DNA of 64,000 bases from a virus: the IMG/VR virus record IMGVR_UViG_3300045988_105030, one strand, 5' to 3'. Under the pieces are notes generated by a model. It saw nothing but the letters and a program-made list of their open reading frames with translations. It was not told where the DNA came from and ran no database searches. The first letter of the stretch is position 1, and every line of letters starts with the position of its first letter. Shown in pieces: positions 10,431 to 21,100 of the stretch. Both the position numbers and the translations under genes were made by a program.

Positions 10431-10517
10431 GCAGGATGAAGCCGCAAGGCGCGGCGGCGGTTTGCTAAACCGTTTCGCTCTGGCAAGGGTGGGGTTCGAG
10501 TCCTCCGTTCTGCGCCA
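10431..10517 (+). tRNA. tRNA-Ser(GCU)-like, phage-encoded, 87 nt with a long variable arm
   Basis: Acceptor GCAGGAT/GTTCTGC (2 G-U pairs). Anticodon arm GCGGT-TTGCTAA-ACCGT. T-loop TTCGAGT. G73 and an encoded CCA. The T stem is imperfect. Confidence 0.5.
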
Positions 10518-10718
10518 TAGGACTCCTCGCACCTCCTGAAAAGTGTGTCCCAGAGGAGACGTTATCTCAGCAAAGCTTTGCAAAGCAAGTAAAAGGCAGT
10601 GCCGGGAAACCGGAGGGTGTGCAATACGTCAACGTGCAAACGGGACAGAGGTGGGAGCCTTGATGTATTGCGGCAAATATTGACAAGCGACCATGGTGGA
10701 TCTGAAAGGAGTAGAAAC

Positions 10719-11537
10719 ATGGGAACGGAAAAGAATAGCAAAAACAAACTGGCGGCGCAGATTGCCGCAGAGGACGCGGAGGAGGATCAGTTCATGGTTC
10801 CGATCCCGGCCAACGTGAAGGAACACGAGGACACTGCGGCGGCAAAACGCGAGAAGAAAACGGACGCCGCCAAGAAAAAAGAGGAAACCGCGCCGCTGTA
10901 CACCGCCGAGCAGGTGCAGCAGATGATGAAGGAAGCCGCTGCCGCCGCCGTGGCCGAGGCTATGAAAAACCTCCCCCAGCAGCCGCAGGTGGTGCAGGTG
11001 ATGGCGGACACGGAAAAGGTGGTACTGCGGTGGATGGCGCCGGTGGCGGACGACAACGTGGCGGTTTTCGGCGCCAACGGCATGTATGGACAAGTCACCG
11101 GCAAGAACGGCACGGTGATCGTGCCCAAGGGAGAGTGGAGCCGGTTTTATGACGAGACCATGCGGCGGTTTATCGACCGGCGGTGGCTGGTGGTAATCAG
11201 CGGCATGACGGACGAGGAACGGATGCTATACCACTGCGATTACCGCAAGGGCGAGATCATGGACGAGAAGGGCTTTGCCAATATCTTCCGCATGGGCGAG
11301 GAGCTGCTGCCTTACTTTGATGCGCTTTGCACCGAGCACCAGGAGATGGTGGCGCGGAGCTTTTGCGAGGCGGCGGAAAAGGGCGAGCTGGACAGCGATT
11401 GGCGCCCGTTGGTGAAAAAGCTGAACGCCATGAACAAAAAGCGGTATAAGGACGCACCGGAGAGCGACATTCGCCGCAAGGGGATGTTCCGCCCGGTGCT
11501 GGATGCACTGAACAGCGCGGAGGATGAGGACGAATAA
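10719..11537 (+). CDS. Hypothetical phage structural-module protein
   Basis: ATG at 10719 after AAAGGAG. 272 aa with a charged Lys/Glu/Ala-rich N-terminus. Confidence 0.55.
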   Translation: MGTEKNSKNKLAAQIAAEDAEEDQFMVPIPANVKEHEDTAAAKREKKTDAAKKKEETAPLYTAEQVQQMMKEAAAAAVAEAMKNLPQQPQVVQVMADTEKVVLRWMAPVADDNVAVFGANGMYGQVTGKNGTVIVPKGEWSRFYDETMRRFIDRRWLVVISGMTDEERMLYHCDYRKGEIMDEKGFANIFRMGEELLPYFDALCTEHQEMVARSFCEAAEKGELDSDWRPLVKKLNAMNKKRYKDAPESDIRRKGMFRPVLDALNSAEDEDE

Positions 11538-11583
11538 AGTGGTCGAAACCGACCACTTTAGAAACACGAAAAGGAGGGAGCGT

Positions 11584-12309
11584 ATGGGAACCAGTTGGAG
11601 CGAGATCGTCACGGATCACGCCATGGTGGAGATAGACGATGTGCGCTTGCAGGAGGCGGCGCAGGAAAACGCGGCGGCGTTCCTGCGAAAAATGTCGCTT
11701 TATATGGTAAACGCCATCCCTCTTTTTAATATGCCGCCGGAAATGAGTGACTGGCTGCAAGAGGGAATTACATTCCCACAGTACGGAGACTTCTATTGGG
11801 AGAGCACGGTGCAGAGCACCGGCGAGGAGACCAATGTGGACACTGGCATGAAAGGCTATGCGCTTTTCTCCTGCGCCATTGTGCGGCAGGACGCGGCGGG
11901 GGTGACATACTACGTTCCCTACCGCGAGGCCGTGTACGACCCGGAAAGCGGCACGGTGACTTTTCCTGTGCAGGAGGAAAGCGGGACACACTATACGCTG
12001 GACTTTTACACGGACGGCGCGTTTGGACATGACCTGACCATGCGGCAAAAGCGCATCTTGGGGATGTGCGTGGCGGCAGTGTGGGACGAGCGGTTCTATG
12101 GTCACAACTGGCTGAACGACCAGATGAAGGTGAAGGACGCCAGCTTTGAGACGGTAAACGAGGGCACCTATATGGAAAAAGGCTCACAAAAGCACCGAAA
12201 AAACAGAGCGCGGCTGATGGACGAGCTGCACAAGTACGAGCAGGACTGCACCCATCTGAACGTGGTGCGGCGCGGCAGAAAAAGCACCGGAAGAATGCAG
12301 TTTGTCTAA
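11584..12309 (+). CDS. Hypothetical head-tail connector module protein
   Basis: ATG at 11584 after AAAAGGAGGGAG. 241 aa. Confidence 0.55.
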   Translation: MGTSWSEIVTDHAMVEIDDVRLQEAAQENAAAFLRKMSLYMVNAIPLFNMPPEMSDWLQEGITFPQYGDFYWESTVQSTGEETNVDTGMKGYALFSCAIVRQDAAGVTYYVPYREAVYDPESGTVTFPVQEESGTHYTLDFYTDGAFGHDLTMRQKRILGMCVAAVWDERFYGHNWLNDQMKVKDASFETVNEGTYMEKGSQKHRKNRARLMDELHKYEQDCTHLNVVRRGRKSTGRMQFV

Positions 12310-12342
12310 AAGCGCGCAGAGATACAAGGGGGTGAAAGGCCG

Positions 12343-13656
12343 ATGTATGACATAAAAACGGGATTGGGCAACGTGGGCACTGGAGGCGGCGCGCTGACGG
12401 GCGATTCCAACCGACCTAAGGCATACGATGACCGGAAAACCCCCTATTTTGCTGACGCGACAGGACGGTTTATTGCCCAATATGCCAGATATGCCACCAA
12501 CCACACGGCGGCGCGGATGCAAGGCATGGACAGCGAGGACTTTTACGCATGGTCGGATCAGTTTCTCAGGCTGGCAGACGTGAACAAGCGAGGCGGCGCT
12601 ATCGACCGGCCAACAGACGGCTATAAATCCTTTGTGGTGGAGGCACAGGCCGTGGAATATGTCCCGGAGGGTGCCAAGGTGGAGACTATGGGCAGCACCT
12701 GGCTGGTGACGAATCCGGCCAACATTTCAAGCTCTGTTGGAAACGGCATTATGCGGCGGTGCAACGCCACATGGAACCACATGGACTGGTACGGCAACAT
12801 CAAAAAAGAACCCATTGTGGTGGAAAAGCCGTCCATGAACGCCACGGCCAATGATTTCCAGGAGACGGTGCTGCTGATGCAGGGGTATTTCAACCTCATT
12901 TTGCAGTTTAACGATGAGACGGCGGAGCTGGATGTAAACAGCCGATTGATGCTGGGGAGATCCGTCTACCAGATCACAGGCTACTCGGAGGTATCGGAGG
13001 AGTTCACAGGAAGAGAGGACAGCGTTCATCTGCTGCGTTTCGCGGCGCGGATCAAGGAACCGGATAAGGAAAAGGACGATCTGGTAAACCGGGTGGCAAA
13101 CGCCTATCCCTTCCACTGGCAGGTGGATGTAGCAGGAACGCCCGCCATGAGCGGCGGAACGGAAGCACAGTTCACCGCAAAAAGCACCAGAAACGGCGCT
13201 GCGGCGGACGGCGACACAGCCCATCCGGTGCATTACCTGTGGCAGAGCAGCAACGAGGGCGTATGCACCGTGGACGCAGCAGGCAAGGTGACGGCGGTGG
13301 GCGCAGGAACATGCCGCATTACGGCAACAGTGGCCGAGAACAGGACGCTGCAAGGCGAGATGACTGTAACGGTGGAGGAGGGCTTCACCGGCGTGCGCTT
13401 TACCGGAACGCTGCCGGAGCGTATGCGCCCCTTTGAGACGGCGGAGATCGGCGCGGTATATGTGGAAAACGGCGCACAGACGGATAAAACGGTCACATGG
13501 CGGTTTTCCAGCGCAGACGAGACGGCCTATGGCGCAGAGGTAAAGGGAAACCGCGTGACCCTCACCTGCTGGAGCGGCAGCGCACAGCCGCTGACGGTGA
13601 CGGCGGCATACGGGGAGGAACAGAGAAACGGTACTGTGGTATTGGAGGGATATTGA
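12343..13656 (+). CDS. Structural protein with a bacterial Ig-like (Big_2-type) domain
   Basis: 437 aa. Ig-like repeat signature VCTVDAAGKVTAVGAGTCRITATV. Confidence 0.6.
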   Translation: MYDIKTGLGNVGTGGGALTGDSNRPKAYDDRKTPYFADATGRFIAQYARYATNHTAARMQGMDSEDFYAWSDQFLRLADVNKRGGAIDRPTDGYKSFVVEAQAVEYVPEGAKVETMGSTWLVTNPANISSSVGNGIMRRCNATWNHMDWYGNIKKEPIVVEKPSMNATANDFQETVLLMQGYFNLILQFNDETAELDVNSRLMLGRSVYQITGYSEVSEEFTGREDSVHLLRFAARIKEPDKEKDDLVNRVANAYPFHWQVDVAGTPAMSGGTEAQFTAKSTRNGAAADGDTAHPVHYLWQSSNEGVCTVDAAGKVTAVGAGTCRITATVAENRTLQGEMTVTVEEGFTGVRFTGTLPERMRPFETAEIGAVYVENGAQTDKTVTWRFSSADETAYGAEVKGNRVTLTCWSGSAQPLTVTAAYGEEQRNGTVVLEGY

Positions 13657-13865
13657 GATGGGCAGACCTATGTGTGCATTCGCATACCGAAAGCGGCGGG
13701 AGATCACGCTGCGATGCCGGAACCAAAATGGAGAGACCAACTACTGCTGCTATCAATACTACTGCCCGCAGACGGGACAGTATGAAAACGCAGATGAGCG
13801 GCGGACATGCCGCCTGCTGAACAAGGAAGAAACCGCCATTGTCACGCTGAAAGGAGAGGAAAACA

Positions 13866-14420
13866 ATGGAGAAAATGAGCGCCAAATGGCTGACGGAGTG
13901 CAGAACGTACATGCCGCTGATGAAAAAAACGGAGCTGGCAAGCCGGTGCGCAGAAAAATGTCTGGAAGAGGTAAGGATCACGACAGAGGGAAGGGCGGCA
14001 GGTGATACGCCGCCGATGTACCGGGAAAACGCGCAGAAAAAGTCCAGATACCTGATGGGCATTTTGCTGCGGTGGTATCTCAAACGGGATTTTGAAGGCG
14101 CAGAGGGCGAGGAATGGCTGGTAAGCGCAGACGACTATGACCGGTGGGCAGGCGAACACCTGATGCACCAGATCGAGCGGATGAAAGCAGAGGGCGGCGA
14201 GACCAGAAACCGCGCCTTTGACCTGATAGGCGATTACCGGGACATGGAAAAGCGGCTGAGCAGCGAGATTTACGCCGACCTGCAGATCATGAATGACCCG
14301 GTGGCAAGGCTTTCTATGGCAATGACCAGCGCCGTAACGCCGGAGTCGGTTCAGCAGATGGCAGAGGACGCGGAAAAACTGAAAAACATGCTGAAAAATA
14401 TCAAAACTGAAACGGCGTAA
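13866..14420 (+). CDS. Hypothetical phage protein
   Basis: 184 aa with a strong RBS AGGAGAGGAAAACA before the ATG. Confidence 0.5.
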   Translation: MEKMSAKWLTECRTYMPLMKKTELASRCAEKCLEEVRITTEGRAAGDTPPMYRENAQKKSRYLMGILLRWYLKRDFEGAEGEEWLVSADDYDRWAGEHLMHQIERMKAEGGETRNRAFDLIGDYRDMEKRLSSEIYADLQIMNDPVARLSMAMTSAVTPESVQQMAEDAEKLKNMLKNIKTETA

Positions 14421-14497
14421 AAGTTATAAAAATATCGAAAATGAAACATAATTGTCGATGTTTCATGTGAAACAATTACAAAAACGGAGGTGACGGC

Positions 14498-15193
14498 ATG
14501 GCGGCAAGCTTTGATAGCCCGTGGTATCCCTTTGAAAAAGTGCAAGAGGGGAGCTGCACCTATAAGGGGGCAGAGATCGTGCCCAAAAAGCTGGTGAACT
14601 ATCTGCTGGATCTTCCTGACAAGGCGGGATACCGGCCAAGCGACGACAACGCGAGGCCGAGAGTGCGGCTGATGAAATATCTGTGGCACGATGGGGCGCG
14701 GCCTCTGGCCGGAAAGCTTCCCACGCCGCAGGAGAAAATGAGCCTTCTGTTTGATGGAGAATCCCCGGTTGTGGACACGGAGGAGCAGAAAAAGCGGCAT
14801 CCGAAGGGATACCGGCTGTTTCCGCAGCAGTATTGGGGGCAGGCGCAGAGCATGGCACAGAGCACCATTAAGGTGTACATAGGGCGCGTGATCCCGCTGA
14901 CGGCGTTCACAGCCAGCGTGGGCGTATATTTTGAGATTTTGTGCAACTACGGGCATGAGGGTACCACGAAAACAGATGCCTATTCCCGCAGCTTTGACAT
15001 GGAGCAATGCCTGATCGAAGCGCTGAACGGCGTGAACATCGGCGGCGCCGGCGTGATGAGCTTTGATAGAGGCGCACATCCGGACAACGGCTCGCGCCCT
15101 GTCTATGACGAGGGAACCAACGTGGGCAGACGACTGCACATGAGCCTTGCGTGGGCGGAGAGCGACGGTGAAAGCGTCGTGACCACATTTTGA
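14498..15193 (+). CDS. Hypothetical phage protein
   Basis: 231 aa. RBS ACGGAGGTGA. Confidence 0.55.
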   Translation: MAASFDSPWYPFEKVQEGSCTYKGAEIVPKKLVNYLLDLPDKAGYRPSDDNARPRVRLMKYLWHDGARPLAGKLPTPQEKMSLLFDGESPVVDTEEQKKRHPKGYRLFPQQYWGQAQSMAQSTIKVYIGRVIPLTAFTASVGVYFEILCNYGHEGTTKTDAYSRSFDMEQCLIEALNGVNIGGAGVMSFDRGAHPDNGSRPVYDEGTNVGRRLHMSLAWAESDGESVVTTF

Positions 15194-15213
15194 AAGAACG
15201 GAGGACGGCGCGG

Positions 15214-15516
15214 ATGGATGAGATTCAGATGGAGCACCGCTTGGCCGAGGTGGAGCAGCGGAGCAAAAGCAACACACACCGCATTGACGAGTTGGCGAAA
15301 GAGCAGAAGGCGCTGAATGAACTGGCCACCTCGGTGGCGATGATGACGCAGGAGCAGAAGGACATCCGGGAGGACATTTCCGAGGTCAAGAAGGATGTGA
15401 AGACGCTGACGAACCTGCCGGCGAAGCGATGGAACGACGTGGTGGAAAAGCTGGCGTGGCTTATCCTGGGCGGCGCTGTGGCAGCGCTGCTGGCGCAGGC
15501 GGGGATACACATTTAA
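15214..15516 (+). CDS. XhlA-like coiled-coil protein with a C-terminal transmembrane helix
   Basis: ATG at 15214 after GGAGGA. Coiled coil (EVEQRSKSNTHRIDELAKEQKALNEL) followed by a TM helix (LAWLILGGAVAALLAQAGI). Confidence 0.45.
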   Translation: MDEIQMEHRLAEVEQRSKSNTHRIDELAKEQKALNELATSVAMMTQEQKDIREDISEVKKDVKTLTNLPAKRWNDVVEKLAWLILGGAVAALLAQAGIHI

Positions 15517-15551
15517 AAAGACGGTGTTTCGTGTGGGAAAGGAGAACATGA

Positions 15552-16355
15552 ATGGAACTCGCACCCAACATAAAAAAAGCAATCCAACGGTATGCACCGG
15601 TGGAGGCGGAGGGCCTGACGCTGTATCCGGTGGTGATGGCAGAGCGGGAGGAGTTTGAATACGCAAGGTCCGCCATCGACATGATGCAGCAGAGTATGCC
15701 GCCTGCCTATGCAGCCATGCCCCTTTTGAGCGCCTATTACAAAATGGATTATGAGGCGGCGATGAAGGGAGAAGAGCCGGTAGGACTTTTTGCCGGGGCG
15801 CTGCTGATGCTGGCGCTGTCCCTGCGGCTGGGGACGGGCCTGACAGCGGAGGAACGGCTGGGTCTTTTCCGGCTGAAGGCAGACGGCGAGGACATGAGCC
15901 GCTTGCTGGCGGTGACATTCTGGGCAGACGGCGAGGAATTGCACAGCGTAACGCCAGTGCAGTTTCAGCGTTTGCGGGAAATCATTGCGGCGCAAAACGG
16001 AATTGAGTTGACGCCGGAGGATGCCAACGCGGAGCTGGTTGAAGCGGAGAGAGCCTTGCACGAGATGGAGGGCGCGGCGCTAAGCGGTGACGCGGGAGAA
16101 AAAATTGCTGCGGTGTGCGCCCTGTGCCGTGTGGACGAGGACGAGGTGGAGCAATGGCCGATTCTGAAATTTCAGACGAGAGCCAAGACGTGGCAGCGGA
16201 TCATAGGTTTCGCCGTGTGCGGCGTGGCGCAGGCACAGGGAGGACGCTGGAAGGGCGGGAATCCGTATCCCAGTATGTTCTATGAGAGAACCGACCGGGA
16301 AAGCGGCGCACTGCGGCCTATCAACGAGGTAACGCGGGGAATGACGGCGCAGTGA
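15552..16355 (+). CDS. Hypothetical tail-module protein
   Basis: 267 aa. RBS GGAAAGGAGAA. Confidence 0.5.
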   Translation: MELAPNIKKAIQRYAPVEAEGLTLYPVVMAEREEFEYARSAIDMMQQSMPPAYAAMPLLSAYYKMDYEAAMKGEEPVGLFAGALLMLALSLRLGTGLTAEERLGLFRLKADGEDMSRLLAVTFWADGEELHSVTPVQFQRLREIIAAQNGIELTPEDANAELVEAERALHEMEGAALSGDAGEKIAAVCALCRVDEDEVEQWPILKFQTRAKTWQRIIGFAVCGVAQAQGGRWKGGNPYPSMFYERTDRESGALRPINEVTRGMTAQ

Positions 16356-16411
16356 CTGCGGAGCCACCCAGCGGCAAGAAGGATAAGACGCGACAACAAA
16401 TTTGAAAAGGA

Positions 16412-17536
16412 GTGGACAGAGACATGATTAGATTTACCGATACCCCGCTGTTTGTGCGCGGTATTTGCAGCGCACAGCTGGCGGACATCAGCACCGGTGA
16501 CGTGCTGTTTTCCAGCAACAAGTATCAGAGCGGCAACATCACCTGCTCGGTGAACGCCGATCCCCTGCGTGCGGGACTGAACAACCCCATTGCAACGGTG
16601 ATCGAGAGTGACCCGGACATTCAGGTGAACTTTACGCAGGCAGACTTCAACCTGAACACCAAGATGGCGGCTGTGGGCGCACACGTGACCTACAACGCTG
16701 TTGTACCTGTGTGCCAGGTGGTGACGGCCAAGGCTGAGACGCTGAGCGTGGACGTGACGGATGGTGCTCCTGCCGCCAGCTACGGAATGGACAGAGCCGT
16801 TTGCTATGTGCAGGAGGTGGGCGCGGCCAGCAAGATCGCCACGGGCGGCACCGCCTATGACATCAGCGAGGCAGGTGCGATTACCGGCTTTACCGCAGAG
16901 ATCGGCAAGCAGTACAAGGTTTGGTACTATACCCGGAAAATGAACGCCGCTGTGGGTACGCTGACCAGTGCCATGAACGGCAAGATCGGCATTTTTACGG
17001 CACAGCTGGCGGTTTACAGCAACGTGAACGCCAAGACCAACGAAGGCACCCGCTGCGGCTGGCTGTACATCCATGTGCCGCTGAAGCTTCAGGCGGACGG
17101 CGCGACCGTGACCGGAGACCAGAGCACCTACGACACCACCGCCATTGTGGGGCGCGCCATTTCCAACGACAGCGGCGTGATCTCCGGCACCTGTGAGGAC
17201 TGCGCGGAATCCACGCTGGCATGGTACGTGCTGGCGCTGGAGGACGGCGTGAGCGTGGTGACGGGCCTTGTGGCGCAGATCGGCGGCGTGATCTCCGTGC
17301 CCAAGAGCGGCAATGCGCAGGTGCAGCCCAAGGCCGTGGTCGCCAACGGGCAGCTGGTGAACATTGCCCCTGCCAAATGCACCTATAACCTGACCGGCGG
17401 CCCCGATGGCACCACCGTGGACGCCAAGGGCGTTATCAAGGCGGGCGCTACCGCAGGCGAGGGACAGCTGACCGTGACGCTGGAGGATGGCGGCGAGACC
17501 TTCACCGACAAGTGTACCGTAAGCGTGACCGGCTAA
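16412..17536 (+). CDS. Major tail protein with a C-terminal Ig-like domain
   Basis: 374 aa upstream of the tape measure. C-terminal Big_2-like KCTYNLTGGPDGTTVDAKGVIKAGATAGEGQLTVTL. Followed by a strong hairpin. Confidence 0.55.
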   Translation: MDRDMIRFTDTPLFVRGICSAQLADISTGDVLFSSNKYQSGNITCSVNADPLRAGLNNPIATVIESDPDIQVNFTQADFNLNTKMAAVGAHVTYNAVVPVCQVVTAKAETLSVDVTDGAPAASYGMDRAVCYVQEVGAASKIATGGTAYDISEAGAITGFTAEIGKQYKVWYYTRKMNAAVGTLTSAMNGKIGIFTAQLAVYSNVNAKTNEGTRCGWLYIHVPLKLQADGATVTGDQSTYDTTAIVGRAISNDSGVISGTCEDCAESTLAWYVLALEDGVSVVTGLVAQIGGVISVPKSGNAQVQPKAVVANGQLVNIAPAKCTYNLTGGPDGTTVDAKGVIKAGATAGEGQLTVTLEDGGETFTDKCTVSVTG

Positions 17537-17546
17537 AAAAATAAAC

Positions 17547-17574
17547 TCCCCTCCCGCTGTTTGGCGGGAGGGGA
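17547..17574 (+). terminator. Stem-loop after the major tail gene (putative terminator or attenuator)
   Basis: TCCCCTCCCGC-TGTTTG-GCGGGAGGGGA, 11 bp. There is an A-tract upstream and no U-tract downstream. Confidence 0.45.
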
Positions 17575-17632
17575 CAGACGCGAGTGCGCGGCGGCAATGG
17601 CGGCGCATTGGCGTGTGTAAGAAAAGGGGGCG

Positions 17633-18184
17633 GTGAGCGTTGTGGCAATGAAGATCATGGGGCAATTCAGCGGATTTGAGGCGGATATCGCCGCGCTGGA
17701 GATGCAGGTGAAAAACGCCTTTCGCGCCTCCCGCAAGGCGCTGGCAGACGACATGCGGGAGTGCTTGCAGGATCACATTGAGGTGGAGGTCTACGACGCT
17801 TTTCAGCCCACAGAATATGTGCGCCGGGAGGGAAACGGCGGCTTATACGACATGAGCGCCAGCGCCACCGTGTTTTCTGACGAACGGGACGGCGGCATGA
17901 ATCTGACGTTTTTATACCAGCCAAGCGGCGCAACGGACGGAGAGGGCAACGAGATAGAACCCCATGTAGACGGGGACGATCTTATCAACCGTATTGAGAA
18001 AAAAGAACCGCCTTATAACTGGCGAAGAAAGCCGGGAAAGCGTCCATTCTTCCGGCATTTTGTGGAAGAAATGATCGGCGGCAGAGCGGAGGAGACGCTG
18101 GTGCGGGCGATGAACACGGCAGACCCCGCACTTGAGGTGGCGGCAGACGGCGGGGTGGTAAGGGAAAGCGAGGATTGGAGGTAG
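17633..18184 (+). CDS. Hypothetical tail protein (start uncertain: GTG 17633 or ATG 17648)
   Basis: 183-aa ORF between the major tail and tape measure genes. Confidence 0.45.
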   Translation: MSVVAMKIMGQFSGFEADIAALEMQVKNAFRASRKALADDMRECLQDHIEVEVYDAFQPTEYVRREGNGGLYDMSASATVFSDERDGGMNLTFLYQPSGATDGEGNEIEPHVDGDDLINRIEKKEPPYNWRRKPGKRPFFRHFVEEMIGGRAEETLVRAMNTADPALEVAADGGVVRESEDWR

Positions 18185-18187
18185 CGT

Positions 18188-21100
18188 ATGGCGATTTTCA
18201 AGGTAACGGCTGTACCTGATTTTTCACAGCTCAGGGGTGAAATTGCAAGACTGCAAGGCAGCCCCGTGACTTTGGGCGTTGATACGCGGCAGGCCAATGT
18301 AAACATCAAAGCGACCACGCAGAATTTGAAAAAACTGACGGAAACCTTTTCCCCGGACGGAGAACTAGTGCATTCCGTCTCCAATTACAGCAAACGGGTC
18401 GGCGAGGTCGTAACGGTAACAAAGTCCCTCGACAGGGAAAGCGGCGAGATGACCGTGACCAGCAAAAAGGTCACGCAAAACTTCGAGGCACAGGCGAGGG
18501 CGGCGCAAAAGGCGGCAAGAGAGGTACAGAGCGCGGCAGACGCCTACCGCGCATACACGGCACAGCAGAATAAGGGGTATACGCCCACCGCCATGCAGCG
18601 GCGCATTGAGAGTATTACCGGCATCAGCGGCGGCAGCACCAAGAGCGCTTCGGATAGCGCAAAGGTTTTTGAAAGAGCGTGGCTGAACGCCAGCGGCAAG
18701 GTGCAGGACGGAGCGCAAAAGGCGGCAAGGGAGGTCAAAAACGTCGGGAAAGCCGCCAAGGAAACCTCCGGCTTTGCCGATTTGATGGGAGACAGCTTCG
18801 GGCGCGTGGCGGCAAAGATGGCGATGTGGCAGGTAATGGGCAACACCATCGCCGGTGTAAAGCGCGAATTTACAGAAGCCCTTAAAACCATGAAGGCCGT
18901 GGATGACGAGATGGTGACGATCCGAAAGGTCACGGGTGCATCCAAGGACGAGCTGGAGAAGATCGAGAAGCAGGCGTACAAGACCGCCAGCGCCTACGGT
19001 GTGGCGGCGGACGAGTACCTGAAATTCGTGTCGGGATTTAGCCGCGCCGGTTACGGCGAACAGGCATCCGCACTGGCGGAGCTGGCTGCCAAGACGCAGA
19101 TTGTAGGCGACACCAACGCCGAAACGGCGCAGCAGTTCCTTTTGTCCGTGGACGCAGCGTACAAGTATCAGGGCAACATTGAGCAGCTGACGAAGGTGCT
19201 GGATGGAGCCAATGAGATCGACAACCGTTACGCAACCAGCATATCGAAGATCGCCGAGGGCTTGGGCAAGGTGGCGCCTATTGCGGCGCAGGCCCATGTG
19301 GGCGTGGATGAGCTGACGGCGGCTATCGGCACCATCACCGCTGTGACGCAGCGCAGCGGCACAGAGGCCGCCACCGCGCTGCGGGCGCTTTTCCTGAATA
19401 TCATAGGCGATACCAAGACGGAAATCGACGAGGGCGTGACATGGACCACCGGCGAAATCGCCGGACTGCGGGATGTCATCAAGGTTTACGCCAAGGACGC
19501 CTATGACGCGGCGAAGGCATCCGGCGATGTCATTAACCCCATGAAGGCCATTGCCGGGTTGTCCCAGAGCATGAAGGATGGTTTCCTGACTGAGCAGCAG
19601 CTGATGGAGATGGTCAGCGACATCGGCGGCAAGCTGCGTACCTCCCAGCTTTTGGCGCTGATCCAGAACTGGGATATGTACGAGTCCATGCTCACCGACT
19701 TTGCCGGAGCTGCCGGGAGCGCGGACAAGGAAGTGGAAAACGCGCTGGATAGCTGGACTCGCAAGACGGAGATCCTGAAAAACAAGTGGACGGAGTTCGT
19801 GAGCCACCTTGTGGAGACGGACACCATCAAGGGTGCGCTGGACGGCGTGATAAAACTGGTGGAGTTTTTGGACAGCGACACCGGGCGGCTCGTTGTGCAG
19901 ATGAGCTTGCTGGTGGGTACGCTGGCACTTTTGAACAAGGGCTTTACCTCCCTTATGACCAAAACGGCTGTGGGGACGTTCTTTGGAACGCTGACCTCCG
20001 CCATCGGCGGAAACGCGATGGCTACCACCCAACTCATCGGACAACTGAAATCGCTGGTGGCTATTCTGCCGCAAATCGGTATCGGAGCGGCGATTTTTGC
20101 GGCACTGGCGGCGGCAATTTATGTCGGGACGCAGAAGCAGCGGGAGTACAACAACGCCTTGAAGGAAACGGAGGAAATACAGTCCAAACTGGGCGAAACG
20201 CAAAGTGAATATGACGCGCTGATCAACAAGACCGGGGAACTGACCGCCGAGGAAAAGAAACGGCTGGATGTCCTGAAGGAACTGCGAAAAGAGCAGGAAA
20301 AGCAGCTGGAGGCAGCGAAAAAGGCGGAGTGGACGGCATGGAACAAGCTGCACGGCAGCGGGGCTAAAACGGTCGTTGGCGGCGGTGAGGGCGTTGGCGG
20401 CGGACTTGGTGCAGGTGCTCTGAAAACGGAGCGCATGGATATTGAGGCACTGCGGAACTACCGGGAAGAGCTGGCGGCTATTGAGGCGCAGTATCGCGCC
20501 GGGGAAATGTCCGCTGGTGCGTATTATGACGCGCTGGAGAAGCTGAACGCCGCCCGCGAGGACAGCGTAGAAACCATCCGCGCCGCCATAGACGCCGGAT
20601 ATGATGTGACGGAGGAGCAGCGGGAGCTGGTGGCTGCCTACGACCGGGTGCAGCAGACGCTTGGCGTTACGCAGAACGCCACGAAGGACTATATTTCCGA
20701 GCTGATCGAGGAGGCGCGGCAGAGCGGGGCGACCGGCAAGGCACTGTACGACCTTGTGGCGGCGCAGATCACCGCCAGCAGCACGGGGCTGGACGTGAGC
20801 CAGCAGATCGCGGCGCTGCAGGCACTGGCGGTGCAGGCGGGGTATACGGCGCAGGCCATTGCCCAGGTGTTTTCCTACGCCAACGGCGCGGGCACCTATC
20901 AGGCAGACAGTGATGAGATCAAGCAGCGGGCGCAGGAACTGATGGAGAGCGGCGCGGCCAGCAGCGTGAGTCAGGCATTCAATCTGGCGAAAAAGCAGCT
21001 GACGGAAGAAGCGTGGGGCAACCTGACCGGCAACTACACGCCCAGTATCAGCGTTCCCTCCGTCTCCTATCCCAGCGGGGGCGGCTATTCCGGCGGCGGT

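Noticed and set aside
7880-10486. 868-aa minus-strand ORF
   Set aside because: It is antisense to the scaffold, capsid and neighbouring genes. Its composition is Gly/His/Ala/Arg-rich and low-complexity, it has no RBS, and the plus-strand genes have phage-typical order and RBSs. This is a typical shadow ORF in GC-rich DNA.
13658-14005. 115-aa ORF with a good RBS (GGAGGG) overlapping the next gene by 140 nt
   Set aside because: The downstream gene (13866) has its own strong RBS, and its frame is closed upstream (TGA at 13848), so no frameshift fusion is possible. Translation of the first 70 or so codons cannot be excluded, so it is left uncalled.
16280-17776. 498-aa minus-strand ORF; similar long antisense ORFs at 6783-8450, 12727-13740, 54767-56362 and 57047-58486
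   Set aside because: All of them overlap better-supported plus-strand phage genes and have skewed composition.
17537-18187. Programmed -1 frameshift tail-chaperone pair upstream of the tape measure
   Set aside because: Only one ORF fills the gap. I could not find an overlapping second frame or a slippery heptamer.
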